A stretch of DNA of 64,000 nt from Clostridia bacterium (GTDB lineage: Bacteria > Bacillota > Clostridia > Oscillospirales > Acutalibacteraceae), in contig JAFQON010000047.1 in assembly GCA_017403185.1 (NCBI GenBank), positions 9,253-73,252 of the forward strand. Reading direction: 5' to 3'. Made by a program: the position numbers and the translations under genes. Of this stretch, positions 18,204 through 27,893 are shown piece by piece (within the stretch, counting starts at the first letter, position 1; each line of letters opens with the position of its first letter). Under the pieces are notes generated by a model. The model saw only the letters and a program-made list of their open reading frames with translations, ran no database searches and had not been told where the DNA came from.

Positions 18204-19144
18204 AGCGTTCCTCCTTCCATAACATGAAGTAAGCGTATTTCGGGGTTTTTGATTTTGTTCTGAATTTCATATGCGTGGGGTTCAAGAAAATCCGTTTTGC
18301 AGGAGGAAAGTCCGTTTTTTCGCAGATATTCCGCAACCTCAGCGCATATTTCTTCTGCAATTCTCTGTTTACATTTAATCTCATTGTCTGAAAAGCCTCC
18401 CGTGAGCAGTGCGGAGAGCAAATCGGAAAAATGAGAGAATTTTTCAAGATTTTTCATGCCTCGGAGTGCCCATTTGTAAAATGGGGCGTATTCTCCGTTG
18501 ATGAGATAAACAAGGGATGCCGTATTGCGTGCAAATTCGGCTGCAGCGAGTGCGGCGGCGCCGTTTTCACCGTGGGCAAGGCATCGGCTGAAATTATACT
18601 GACCGCTCTGCGCCATGAGTGCTGCTCTTGCGGCAAGCTTTTTGAGGCGGATGTCCTCAGGCATACCTTTTTTGATTTCGTTTCTGATACGGCTGAATTC
18701 ACCGAGGTTATCCCTGAAAACGCAGCCGTTTGTTGCTGCGGCAAGGGCGTGCTCGGGGATATAAAGCCAGTCATGAAGCGTTTCGGGTGCACCCTTTCTG
18801 CCTGTCAGCGGCAGGTAGAAATCCGATATCGTTTTTACTCCGTAGCGGGCGGTGCCGTAGGAGTTTGTTTTGCCTTTTTCAAAGTCCATATAAAGTCTCG
18901 GCAGCCTGCCGTATGCCCTTGCAAGCTGAAAACCGAAAAGCTCATTATCCTCTTCGGTCAGCCACAGGCAGAAGCCTGCGCCGAAATCATGGTCACGGGA
19001 GATTTCATCGTCAAAGCCGAAGCAGTCCGACCCCGGCCCCGCAAGACCTGCCGCAATGCGGTTTTCATATTCCGCAAACAGCTCTTTAATCATCGGAATG
19101 CCGAACTCCTCATAGTAACGGCGGCTCAGCTCAAGACCCTGCAT
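18200..19144 (-). CDS. DUF4037-domain protein (nucleotidyltransferase-like)
   Basis: MQGLELSRRYY, AAGLAGPGSDCFGFDDEISRDHDFGAGFCLWL, AQSGQYN, YAPFYKW. Confidence 0.82.
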   Translation of the reverse strand: MQGLELSRRYYEEFGIPMIKELFAEYENRIAAGLAGPGSDCFGFDDEISRDHDFGAGFCLWLTEEDNELFGFQLARAYGRLPRLYMDFEKGKTNSYGTARYGVKTISDFYLPLTGRKGAPETLHDWLYIPEHALAAATNGCVFRDNLGEFSRIRNEIKKGMPEDIRLKKLAARAALMAQSGQYNFSRCLAHGENGAAALAAAEFARNTASLVYLINGEYAPFYKWALRGMKNLEKFSHFSDLLSALLTGGFSDNEIKCKQRIAEEICAEVAEYLRKNGLSSCKTDFLEPHAYEIQNKIKNPEIRLLHVMEGGTL

Positions 19145-19874
19145 ATATTCTGTCCGCCCTTTCATTGAGAGTTTTTTCTGCAAGGAAAAATCCGAAATAT
19201 CCGAATGACGGAGCGCATTTTCTGCAGGTAAAGGCATATTTTTGATAGCCGAAGAAATCGGGATTTTCAAGAATTCCGAGAGCTTTTTCCATAACGGAAT
19301 TCACACGGTCATCTTCATTATTCATATCATAATACAAATGAGCGAGATTTACAAGAGAAACGGCGGTTTCAAGCTCGTTTTTACTGTTTTTTTCGGTGGT
19401 TTTTATTGCTTTGAGAAAATACTCCTCTGCTTCGGAATATCTTTTCAAGTCCTGCAAAGCAAGAGCGTAATTATTGTAAAATCCTGCAAAAAGAGGGTCG
19501 CTTTCATCAAGATTCAAGCGATAAATCCCGTGCGCTTTTTCATAAATTTTCATTGCTTCTTCGCTTTGGCCGAACGCTTTCATCGTTGTTGCGGCGTTAA
19601 GATAAATTGTTGCCGAAGAAACCTTTTCGCTTATACCGAGAATATCAATCAGGGCGAGAGCGTTATTAACGGCTTCCATGCCATGCTTTTCATTTTTGGT
19701 CTGACGGTAAAAGCCTGTCATTTCGTTTTGCACGGTCAGATCACCCTGCTTGTCACCGGCGTTGCGGGCAAGCTCACGCCATTTGAGCAGGCAAAGCTCC
19801 GCCTCCGCCAAATTTTCTTTTGCGAAGCACGAATCAAGCTCATTTATGAAGGTTTTAATTGAAATTTTAGCCAT
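19131..19874 (-). CDS. Tetratricopeptide repeat protein
   Basis: Repeated helical units ATIYLNAA / AGFYNNYA...AEEYFLKAI / AVSLVNLAHLY. Confidence 0.85.
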   Translation of the reverse strand: MAKISIKTFINELDSCFAKENLAEAELCLLKWRELARNAGDKQGDLTVQNEMTGFYRQTKNEKHGMEAVNNALALIDILGISEKVSSATIYLNAATTMKAFGQSEEAMKIYEKAHGIYRLNLDESDPLFAGFYNNYALALQDLKRYSEAEEYFLKAIKTTEKNSKNELETAVSLVNLAHLYYDMNNEDDRVNSVMEKALGILENPDFFGYQKYAFTCRKCAPSFGYFGFFLAEKTLNERADRIYAGS

Positions 19875-19890
19875 AAGCTGCCTTTCCGCA

Positions 19891-19919
19891 TTGCAAAGGC
19901 AACGCTTTTATGTTATACT
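19891..19919 (+). promoter_or_regulatory. sigma-A promoter of yfbR-like gene
   Basis: TTGCAA-17nt-TATACT with extended TG. Confidence 0.6.
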
Positions 19920-19930
19920 TTGATTAACAA

Positions 19931-20045
19931 AATGAATAGTGAATAATGAAAAATGAATAATTAAGGGTCTGCGACGCTTATTATAATCCGGGCAAGGGCA
20001 GAGCCCTTCCGAAATTTTTCATTCTTCATTATTAATTTTTCACTT
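19931..20045. repeat. ~115-bp palindromic dispersed repeat, copy 1
   Basis: Near-identical to 27763-27876; four 7-mer units ARTGAAW on the left arm, their reverse complement on the right arm, GC core aagggtctgc...gcagagccctt. Confidence 0.9.
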
Positions 20046-20094
20046 GATAATGTGTGCGGTGCAAATTATTTATGATGCAACAAAAGGTGATTTT

Positions 20095-20676
20095 ATGGAT
20101 AACGGATTTTTTGCGATGGTTTCAAGAATGAAATATATAAACCGCTGGGCACTCATGAGAAATGAGCACAGCGAAAATCTCTGCGAGCACAGCTTTGAAG
20201 TGGCGGTTATTGCTCACGCTCTTGCGGTTATAGGCAACAGGCGTTTCGGCAAGAATTTAAACGGCGAAAGAGCTGCACTCATCGGTCTTTATCACGACAC
20301 ACCCGAAACTCTCACGGGCGATATGCCCACCCCCGTCAAATACTACAGTGACGAGGTGCGCCTTGCATACAAAACGGTTGAAGAAAACGCCTGCAAAAGC
20401 CTTGTTGCGATGCTGCCCGAGGATTTCAGAGAGGATTTTTCACCTATGTTTATGCCCGCAGAGGGCGACGGGGAGCTGTGGAAGCTTGTGAAGGCGGCCG
20501 ACAAAATCAGCGCACTGATAAAGTGCATCGAAGAGAAAAAAGCAGGCAACAGCGAATTTGTAATGGCGGGCGAAGGGATTAAGCAGGCTATCGAAAGCCT
20601 TGATCTGCCCGAAGCGAAGGTGTTTGTTGAAGAATTCCTGCCGGCTTATGAAATGACTCTTGATGAGCTGAGATAG
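20095..20676 (+). CDS. yfbR: HD-domain 5'-deoxynucleotidase YfbR-like
   Basis: RMKYINRWALMRN, EHS, LYHD, TGDMPTPVKY, VKAADKISALIKC. Confidence 0.92.
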   Translation: MDNGFFAMVSRMKYINRWALMRNEHSENLCEHSFEVAVIAHALAVIGNRRFGKNLNGERAALIGLYHDTPETLTGDMPTPVKYYSDEVRLAYKTVEENACKSLVAMLPEDFREDFSPMFMPAEGDGELWKLVKAADKISALIKCIEEKKAGNSEFVMAGEGIKQAIESLDLPEAKVFVEEFLPAYEMTLDELR

Positions 20677-20679
20677 CTG

Positions 20680-21483
20680 TTACAAACCAAGCAGTTTTTG
20701 TGCATTTTCGCCGAGGACTGCTTTTTCTTCGCCTTCCGTAAGACCGAAGCATCTGATAAGCTCCATATCCTGTGAAGGTGCATTCCACGGTGCGTCGCTG
20801 CCGAAGAGAATTTTATCTGCTCCGTGCATATCAATGATTTCTTTTGCGTATCTCGGCGTGATTGTGCCGTAGCCGTAGGCAGTGTCAAGATAAACATTTT
20901 TGCCTGCAAGGTGCTTCCTTGTTTCGGGCAATGACCATATTCCGCCGAAGTGCGCCGCAACAACGGGAGTATCACCGAAAATCGGCAGAATGCCTGCAAG
21001 CGCCTCTGCCGTGCAGTGCACGGGCTCAGGGTAGCCGATATCGTAGCCGCAATGGAACAGAGTTATCATTCCGAGTGAGGCAATTTTTTCGTATATGGGG
21101 AGCATCTTTTTTTCGTCAACAAAGAATCCCTGATAATCGGGGTGGAGCTTAACTCCCTTTATTCCGTTTCTTTTAAGCCTTTCAAGCTCTTCGAGTGCAT
21201 CGGGGCTGTCGGGGTGCACGGAGCCAAAGGGAATTATGCCGTCAACGGCTTTGAGTGATATTGCGAAATCGTTCACGCTTTTCTGCTGATGAGGATTGGT
21301 CGCAATGTTGAGCACAACCGAAAGGTCAACTCCGTCAGCCCTCTGCAGGGCAAGCAGACCGTTAACCGTGCCGTCGTGAAAGGGTCTTGTAATTCCCGAG
21401 CGGAGCCTGAGAATTTCAATCGCCTTGTGTGCGATTTTATCGGGGAAGCAGTGTGTGTGGAAATCTATTATCAACTGTTTCAC
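20680..21483 (-). CDS. Amidohydrolase family protein
   Basis: IDFHTH, GVKLHPDYQ, FHCG, AAHFGG, LFGSDAPW. Confidence 0.88.
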   Translation of the reverse strand: MKQLIIDFHTHCFPDKIAHKAIEILRLRSGITRPFHDGTVNGLLALQRADGVDLSVVLNIATNPHQQKSVNDFAISLKAVDGIIPFGSVHPDSPDALEELERLKRNGIKGVKLHPDYQGFFVDEKKMLPIYEKIASLGMITLFHCGYDIGYPEPVHCTAEALAGILPIFGDTPVVAAHFGGIWSLPETRKHLAGKNVYLDTAYGYGTITPRYAKEIIDMHGADKILFGSDAPWNAPSQDMELIRCFGLTEGEEKAVLGENAQKLLGL

Positions 21484-21566
21484 GCTTTCATTTGAGTGAT
21501 TTTTTATATATTTTACACCTAAAATAAGACCATATCAATAATAAATTATAAAATTTTAAAAAATAC

Positions 21567-21595
21567 TTGATATTTATTACATTATGTGTTAAAAT
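21567..21595 (+). promoter_or_regulatory. sigma-A promoter of rimP operon
   Basis: TTGATA-17nt-TAAAAT with extended TG. Confidence 0.6.
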
Positions 21596-21622
21596 AGCGA
21601 CAGTAGGATTATGTATTTCAAT

Positions 21623-21651
21623 GAGAGTGGGGCGACCCGCTCTTTTGTTTT
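21623..21651 (+). promoter_or_regulatory. rimP leader terminator hairpin (NusA-responsive type)
   Basis: gagagtggg-gcga-cccgctctt-ttgtttt just upstream of rimP, matching the known rimP-leader pattern. Confidence 0.8.
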
Positions 21652-21685
21652 GCAGGAATCATTTCAATAAAAAGGAGAATTACTC

Positions 21686-22162
21686 ATGGCAAAAGGTAAG
21701 GGCGGCAACACAATAGCCGCTGTTTGGGAAATCGCAGAGCCCATAGCCGAGCAGCTCGGCCTTGAATTGTGGGATATCCGCTTTGTCAAGGAAGGCACGG
21801 ATTGGTTTTTGCGCATTTTTATTGACAAAGAAGGCGGAGTGGGTATCACGGACTGCGAAAATATGAGCCGTGCAATTGATAAGCCCCTTGATGATGCAGA
21901 CCCGATTGAGCAGAGCTACTGCCTTGAGGTTTCATCGCCCGGTGTTGAAAGGGAGCTTACAAGAGAAACTCATTTTGAAGCCTGCAGGGGCGAAAAAATC
22001 AAAGTGAAGTTTATCAGAGCGGTTGAGGGTGTGCGTGAATTTTCGGGTGTGCTCGAGGATTTTGACGGCAAGGCGATTACAATGCGCCTTGAAGACGGCA
22101 GCGCAATGACCTTTGAGAAAAAAGAAACAAGCTACATCAGACTTGATGATTTCAGTTTTTAA
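21686..22162 (+). CDS. rimP: Ribosome maturation factor RimP
   Basis: LRIFIDKEGG, DCE, YCLEVSSPGVEREL. Confidence 0.96.
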   Translation: MAKGKGGNTIAAVWEIAEPIAEQLGLELWDIRFVKEGTDWFLRIFIDKEGGVGITDCENMSRAIDKPLDDADPIEQSYCLEVSSPGVERELTRETHFEACRGEKIKVKFIRAVEGVREFSGVLEDFDGKAITMRLEDGSAMTFEKKETSYIRLDDFSF

Positions 22163-22184
22163 TCGAAAGGAACGGTTTGGAAAA

Positions 22185-23249
22185 ATGAAGAACAATGAAT
22201 TTTTCGAGGCAGTGAAATTCCTCAGCAAAGAGAAGAAGATTGCGGAGGATGCGCTGTTTGAAGGCATTCAGAGAGCTATCGTAACAGCAGTGAAAAGAGA
22301 TTATAACAACAAGGATATCGTTTTCTGCGAAATCGACCCCGAAGAGCAGAAGTTCAGAGTTTTCGTTCGCAAGAATGTTGTAACGGAAATCCTTGACCCC
22401 GATGAGGATATGACTGTTGAGCAGGCTCAGAGATACAAAAAGAACGCTCTTGCAGGCGACATTGTTGAAATTGAGCTTGAAACCAAAGAAGTCAGCCGTA
22501 TTGCGGCAGAGAAGGGCAAGCACATTCTCCGTCAGGCAATCAGAGAGGCTGAGCACGGTCAGATTAAAGCTGAGTTTGAAAACAAGAAGCAGGAAATCGT
22601 TACCGCCAAGGTTACAAAGGTTGAGCCCGATACCCTTGATGCCTTTGTTGAAATCGGCAAAATCAGCGAAAGACTTCTCAGAAGCGAGCAGCTTCCCACC
22701 GACAACTTCTCTGTAGGCGATATCATCAAGGTTTATGTTGCTGAAATCAGAGAGGCAACAAAGGGCCCCAGAGCTACCATTTCAAGAACACATCCCGGCC
22801 TTGTGCGCCGTCTTCTTGAAAGCGAAGTGCCCGAAATCTTTGACGGCACGGTAGAGATTATGTCCGTTTCCCGTGAGGCAGGTTCAAGAAGCAAGATTGC
22901 TGTTCACAGTGCGGATGAAAATGTTGACCCCGTAGGCGCCTGCATCGGCCAAAGAGGCGTTCGTATCAACAAGATTGTTGAAATCCTCGGCGGCGAAAAG
23001 CTTGATGTTGTGCGCTACAGCGAGAATCCTGCAGAATATGTTGCTGCAGCTCTTGCCCCCGCAGATGTTATTTCGGTTACCGTTGAGAGCGAGGAGGAGC
23101 ACTCCTGCAAGGTGGTTGTTCCCAACAGCCAGCTTTCGCTTGCAATCGGCAACAAGGGTCAGAATGCCCGCCTTGCAGCAAAGCTTACAGGCTGGAAGAT
23201 TGACATCAACCCCGAAACCGAAGAGCCCGTTATCAATTTTGACGAATAA
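22185..23249 (+). CDS. nusA: Transcription termination factor NusA
   Basis: SRTHP, EVPEIFDG, REAGSRSKIAV, DPVGACIG, LSLAIGNKGQNARLAAKLTGWKIDI. Confidence 0.97.
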   Translation: MKNNEFFEAVKFLSKEKKIAEDALFEGIQRAIVTAVKRDYNNKDIVFCEIDPEEQKFRVFVRKNVVTEILDPDEDMTVEQAQRYKKNALAGDIVEIELETKEVSRIAAEKGKHILRQAIREAEHGQIKAEFENKKQEIVTAKVTKVEPDTLDAFVEIGKISERLLRSEQLPTDNFSVGDIIKVYVAEIREATKGPRATISRTHPGLVRRLLESEVPEIFDGTVEIMSVSREAGSRSKIAVHSADENVDPVGACIGQRGVRINKIVEILGGEKLDVVRYSENPAEYVAAALAPADVISVTVESEEEHSCKVVVPNSQLSLAIGNKGQNARLAAKLTGWKIDINPETEEPVINFDE

Positions 23250-23281
23250 GATTTAATAATAACCTATAAAGGAGCTGGACC

Positions 23282-23548
23282 ATGCAGACCCGTCGAGTAC
23301 CAATGAGAAAATGCACAGGCTGTAACGAAATGAAGTCTAAAAAAGAGCTTGTCAGGGTAGTCAGAAGCCCTGAGGGCGAAATATCGCTTGACCTTACCGG
23401 CAAAAAGCCCGGCAGAGGCGCATATGTGTGCCGCAATGCCGAGTGCCTTGTGAAGGCAAGGAAGGCAAAAAGGCTTGAGAAGGCATTCTCATGCGCAATT
23501 CCCGACGGAGTTTACGAGAGAATGGAGGAAGAGCTGAAAAATGAATGA
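23282..23548 (+). CDS. ylxR: YlxR/RnpM family RNA-binding protein
   Basis: PMRKCTGC, KKELVRVVR, GRGAYVC. Confidence 0.93.
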   Translation: MQTRRVPMRKCTGCNEMKSKKELVRVVRSPEGEISLDLTGKKPGRGAYVCRNAECLVKARKAKRLEKAFSCAIPDGVYERMEEELKNE

Positions 23549-23873
23549 TAACCCGAAGCTCCTCTCTCTTCTCGGAATGTGCCGCAGGGCAGGCAGATTA
23601 AGCTGCGGTCATGATGCGGCAATCGGTTCGGTCAGAAGCAAAAGCGCAAAGCTTTGCCTGCTGAGCTCGGATTCTTCTCAGAGGCTGAGAAACGAGATAG
23701 AGCGTGAAGCGACCTTCGGCGGCAGGGATATTCCCGTAAGGCTGCTGAATTCAACCATAGAAGAAATAGGTAAGGCCACGGGGCTTAAATCCGCAGTGGT
23801 AACCGTCAATGACGAAGGCTTTGCAAAAACCATGCTTGGGCTTCTGAACACAACACAGGAGGTTAGTCTATGA
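23541..23873 (+). CDS. L7Ae-family protein (YlxQ-like)
   Basis: [15 protein letters not shown]; synteny. Confidence 0.88.
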   Translation: MNDNPKLLSLLGMCRRAGRLSCGHDAAIGSVRSKSAKLCLLSSDSSQRLRNEIEREATFGGRDIPVRLLNSTIEEIGKATGLKSAVVTVNDEGFAKTMLGLLNTTQEVSL

Positions 23874-26389
23874 TTAATAAATACAGAGTACACGAGGTTG
23901 CAAAGGATTTTGATATCAAAAGCAACATAGTAGTTGATTTGCTGGCAAAATATTTTGACGGCCAGAAAAAGCACATGACGGCTCTCGAAGAGGATGAGCT
24001 TGATATTATATTTGAAACCTTCACAAAGGAAAACGAGGTTGCAGACCTCAACGAATACTTTGAATATATGCCTGCCCCCAAAAAGACCAAGGAAAAGGCA
24101 GAGGATAAGGCAGAGGATAAGGCAGAGGAAAAAGCGGCTGAAGAATCAAAGGCAGAGCCTGCTCCCGCCTCCGAGAAAAAGGAGCAGAAGGCAGAAAAGG
24201 CTCCCGAAAAGAAGCCCGAGAAGAAGGCAGAGCCTGCAAAGAAGGCGGAGGATAAAAAGCCTGCACCCGAGAAGAAGGAGCAGAAGAACGAAAAGAAGCC
24301 CGTTCAGCAGACAAAGGCTGACAAGCTTCCTCCCATGCCCAAAAAGCAGCCCAAACCCGAAAATAAAGAAAAGGACAACAAGCCCATGCAGTCCAGAACA
24401 AAGGGTGAGATGAGAACAATTGATACCCGTGCAGGCAATGTTGACCTTGAAAAGTATAACGAAAGATATGAAAATATTGCTCCCGAAAACAAGACAAAGC
24501 AGCATGAGGGAGCTGTTAAAAAGCAGAAGCTCAAGCAGAAGAGCCAGCAGTACAGAAAGCAGGGCGGAATGCGCTCATCAAGGCGTGAAACCGAGGCTGA
24601 AAGGCTCAAGAGAATTGCTGCCGAAAGAGCAAAGAAACCCCAGCTTCAGCTCAAGCTGCCTGAGGAAATCACCGTCGGTGAGCTTGCTGCAATGCTTAAG
24701 ATGACTGCAGCAGAGGTCATCAAAAAGCTCTTTACTCTCGGTCAGATGGCAACCGTAAACGAAGTTCTCGATTACGAAACCGCAGCCATTGTTGCCGAAG
24801 AGCTTGGTGCAAAGGTTGAAAAAGAGGTTGTTGTCACCATTGAGGACAGAATTATAGATGACCATATCGACGATGAGAGCGAGCTTGTTTCAAGAGACCC
24901 CGTTGTTGTTGTTATGGGTCATGTTGACCACGGCAAGACCTCACTTCTTGATGCTATCAGAAACACATCCGTTACCTCTACCGAGGCAGGCGGCATCACA
25001 CAGCACATCGGTGCTTACAGAGTTAACCTCAACGGCTCCGATATTACCTTCCTTGACACTCCCGGCCACGCAGCCTTCACATCAATGCGTCTGAGAGGTG
25101 CAATGGCAACGGATATTGCAATCCTTGTTGTTGCTGCAGATGACGGTATCATGCCCCAGACCATTGAGGCTATCAATCACGCAAAGGCTGCGGGTGTTCA
25201 GATTATAGTTGCAATCAACAAGATGGATAAACCCGCTGCAAACCCCGACAGAGTTCTTCAGCAGCTCACCGAATATGAGCTTGTTCCCGAAGAGTGGGGC
25301 GGCGAAACAATCTGTGTTCCCGTTTCGGCTCTCACAAGGCAGGGCATCGACAATCTGCTCGAGTCTGTTCTTCTTGTTGCGGAGATGCAGGAGCTTAAGG
25401 CTAACCCCAACCGCTCGGCTAAGGGTGTTGTTATTGAAGCAAGGCTTGATAAGGGCAGAGGCCCCGTTTCAACTCTTCTTGTTCAGAACGGTACTCTTAA
25501 ATCAGGCGATATCATCGTTGCAGGCACTGCAGTAGGCCGTGTAAGAGTTATGACAGACGATAAGGGCAGAAAGGTTAATGAAGCAGGTCCTTCCGTTCCC
25601 GTTGAAATCATGGGTCTTGCAGAGGTTCCTCAGGCAGGCGACGGCTTTGATGCGGTTAACGACGAACGCCTTGCAAGAGAGCTTGTTGAGCAGAGAAAGT
25701 CAAAGGCTAAGGAAGAGCAGTTCAAGGAGTTCCAGAAGGTTACTCTTGATAATCTCTTCGCTTCAATTCAGGAGGGTCAGCTCAAAGACCTCAACATCAT
25801 CATCAAAGCCGATGTTCAGGGCTCGGCAGAAGCAGTTAAGCAGAGCCTTGTGAAGCTTTCAAACGAAGAGGTAAGAGTCAAGGTTATCCACAGCGGCGTC
25901 GGTGCAATCACCGAGAGCGATGTTATGCTTGCAAATGCTTCGGCGGCAATTATCGTCGGCTTCAATGTAAGACCCGATAATGTTGCATCCGAGGTTGCGG
26001 AGCGTGACGGCGTTGAAATCAGATGCTACAGAGTTATCTATGACTGCATCGAAGAGGTTGAGGCTGCTATCAAGGGTATGCTTGCTCCCAAGTTCAGAGA
26101 TGTTGATATCGGTAAGGCTGAGGTCCGTCAGGTTGTTAAGATTTCATCAGTCGGCAATGTTGCAGGCTGCCATGTTATAAACGGTAAAATTACAAGAGGT
26201 GCAAAAATCCGCGTTGTCCGTGACGGCATAGTTATCACAGAGGACGAAATGGCTTCACTCAAGAGATTCAAGGATGATGTCAAGGAAGTTGCATCGGGCT
26301 TTGACTGCGGTATCGGTCTCAACAAATTCAACGATATCAAGGAAGGCGATATTTTTGAAGCCTTTATCACAGAGGAGTACAGAGATTAA
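23870..26389 (+). CDS. infB: Translation initiation factor IF-2
   Basis: [41 protein letters not shown]. Confidence 0.98.
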   Translation: MINKYRVHEVAKDFDIKSNIVVDLLAKYFDGQKKHMTALEEDELDIIFETFTKENEVADLNEYFEYMPAPKKTKEKAEDKAEDKAEEKAAEESKAEPAPASEKKEQKAEKAPEKKPEKKAEPAKKAEDKKPAPEKKEQKNEKKPVQQTKADKLPPMPKKQPKPENKEKDNKPMQSRTKGEMRTIDTRAGNVDLEKYNERYENIAPENKTKQHEGAVKKQKLKQKSQQYRKQGGMRSSRRETEAERLKRIAAERAKKPQLQLKLPEEITVGELAAMLKMTAAEVIKKLFTLGQMATVNEVLDYETAAIVAEELGAKVEKEVVVTIEDRIIDDHIDDESELVSRDPVVVVMGHVDHGKTSLLDAIRNTSVTSTEAGGITQHIGAYRVNLNGSDITFLDTPGHAAFTSMRLRGAMATDIAILVVAADDGIMPQTIEAINHAKAAGVQIIVAINKMDKPAANPDRVLQQLTEYELVPEEWGGETICVPVSALTRQGIDNLLESVLLVAEMQELKANPNRSAKGVVIEARLDKGRGPVSTLLVQNGTLKSGDIIVAGTAVGRVRVMTDDKGRKVNEAGPSVPVEIMGLAEVPQAGDGFDAVNDERLARELVEQRKSKAKEEQFKEFQKVTLDNLFASIQEGQLKDLNIIIKADVQGSAEAVKQSLVKLSNEEVRVKVIHSGVGAITESDVMLANASAAIIVGFNVRPDNVASEVAERDGVEIRCYRVIYDCIEEVEAAIKGMLAPKFRDVDIGKAEVRQVVKISSVGNVAGCHVINGKITRGAKIRVVRDGIVITEDEMASLKRFKDDVKEVASGFDCGIGLNKFNDIKEGDIFEAFITEEYRD

Positions 26390-26742
26390 TGGCAGGATAC
26401 AGAATTGACAGAGTGTCCGAAGATATAAAAAGAGAAATAGCCTCGATTATGCGTGAGCTCAAGGACCCGAGAATTCAGGGAATGCTCACCGTAGTCAATG
26501 TTGAGGTGAGTTCGGATGCTTCATTTGCAAAGGTTTATGTGAGTGCAATGGAGGGAATCGAAACCGCACAGCTTGCGGTCAAGGGTCTCACAAGCGCAAC
26601 GGGCTATATTCGCAGAGAGGTGGGCAAACGCCTGCATCTGCGCAAAACTCCCGAGCTCAAATTTGTTGCCGATGACTCAATTGAAAGAGGCATGGGAATT
26701 GCAAAAATGCTTGGCGACATCACTTCGGATGATAACAACTGA
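26389..26742 (+). CDS. rbfA: Ribosome-binding factor A
   Basis: LKDPR, AKVYVS, LRKTPELKF. Confidence 0.96.
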   Translation: MAGYRIDRVSEDIKREIASIMRELKDPRIQGMLTVVNVEVSSDASFAKVYVSAMEGIETAQLAVKGLTSATGYIRREVGKRLHLRKTPELKFVADDSIERGMGIAKMLGDITSDDNN

Positions 26743-26764
26743 TTATTGATAAGGAGCGTTGATC

Positions 26765-27730
26765 ATGAGAATTGACCTGCGCGAAACTGCCGGAATTCTT
26801 AAAGAATCCGATAATATACTGTTTTTATGCCACGCACACCCTGACGGAGACACTCTGGGCAGTGCATCCGCCCTTGCTCACGCGCTTTCTGCAATGGGCA
26901 AGAGGGTGAAGGTGGATTGTTCAGACCCCGTTCCCAAGGATTTTTCATTTATGTTTGAAGGCTTTGAGAGGGAGGAGTTTGAGCCGGAGCTTATTGCCGC
27001 AATTGATGTTGCGGATATAAAGCTTCTCGGCAAGGAATACGAGGGCAGATATCAGGGCAGAATTCAGCTTTGCATTGACCATCACGGTTCAAATATGATG
27101 TATGCCGATAAGGTTTGCCTTGAGGCGGATTCGGCATCTGCCGCCGAAATCATATATCAGCTTCTCAAAGAGCTGAATGCGGAAATAACACCTCAGATTG
27201 CATCATGCCTTTTCACGGGCGTTTCAACCGATACGGGATGTTTCCGCTTTTCAAACACAACGGTAAGAACTTTTGAAATTGCTGCGGAGCTTGCGAAGCT
27301 CGGCGCAGACACCTATAATATCATTCAGGTTTTCTTTGAAACAAAAACAAAGACCTATGCCGCGCTGGAGAGACTTGCGCTTGACAGCATGAGATTTTAT
27401 TGCTCAGACCGCTGTGCACTGATCTGCGTAACGCAGGATATGTATAAGCGAAGCGGCTCGGATGAGAGCGAAACAGACCGCCTTGCAAATCTGCCCCGTC
27501 AGATTGAAGGCGTGCTTGTGGGCGTTTCAATGCGTGAGCTCAAAGACGGAAACTTCAAGGCATCCGTGCGCACTCACGGCGATATCAACGCCTCTGAAAT
27601 CTGCAAAAGGCTCGGCGGCGGCGGTCACGCAGGCGCGGCGGGCTGCACGCTTTACGGCACGAAGCAGCAGGCAATCAACTCCCTGATTAAAGAAATTCAG
27701 GCAGAGATTGATGCGTTCACCATTGATTAA
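26765..27730 (+). CDS. nrnA: DHH/DHHA1 oligoribonuclease/PAP phosphatase NrnA
   Basis: HAHPDGD, IDHH, TDTGCF, GGGGHAGAAG. Confidence 0.92.
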   Translation: MRIDLRETAGILKESDNILFLCHAHPDGDTLGSASALAHALSAMGKRVKVDCSDPVPKDFSFMFEGFEREEFEPELIAAIDVADIKLLGKEYEGRYQGRIQLCIDHHGSNMMYADKVCLEADSASAAEIIYQLLKELNAEITPQIASCLFTGVSTDTGCFRFSNTTVRTFEIAAELAKLGADTYNIIQVFFETKTKTYAALERLALDSMRFYCSDRCALICVTQDMYKRSGSDESETDRLANLPRQIEGVLVGVSMRELKDGNFKASVRTHGDINASEICKRLGGGGHAGAAGCTLYGTKQQAINSLIKEIQAEIDAFTID

Positions 27731-27731
27731 C

Positions 27732-27762
27732 AAAACGGCAACTCTTACGGGTTGCCGTTTTT
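27732..27762 (+). terminator. Intrinsic terminator after nrnA
   Basis: aaaacggcaact-ctta-cgggttgccgttttt. Confidence 0.75.
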
Positions 27763-27876
27763 AATGAATAGTGAATGATGAAAAGTGAATAATTAAGGGT
27801 CTGCGACGCTTATTATAATCGGGTAAGGGCAGAGCCCTTCCGAAATTTTTCACTCTTCACTTTTAATTTTTCACTT
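27763..27876. repeat. ~115-bp palindromic dispersed repeat, copy 2
   Basis: Near-identical to 19931-20045. Confidence 0.9.
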
Positions 27877-27893
27877 TATCAGAAAGGGAAATT

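Noticed and set aside
18431-19862. Long plus-strand ORFs of 245 and 206 aa
   Set aside because: Antisense shadows of the DUF4037 and TPR genes.
24094-24130. 12-bp tandem repeat AAGGCAGAGGAT in infB
   Set aside because: Encodes the ordinary low-complexity KAED linker of IF-2.
19931-27876. The two hairpin repeats as CRISPR repeats or ends of a composite transposon
   Set aside because: No spacer array or cas genes, and the 7.7 kb between them holds core housekeeping genes.
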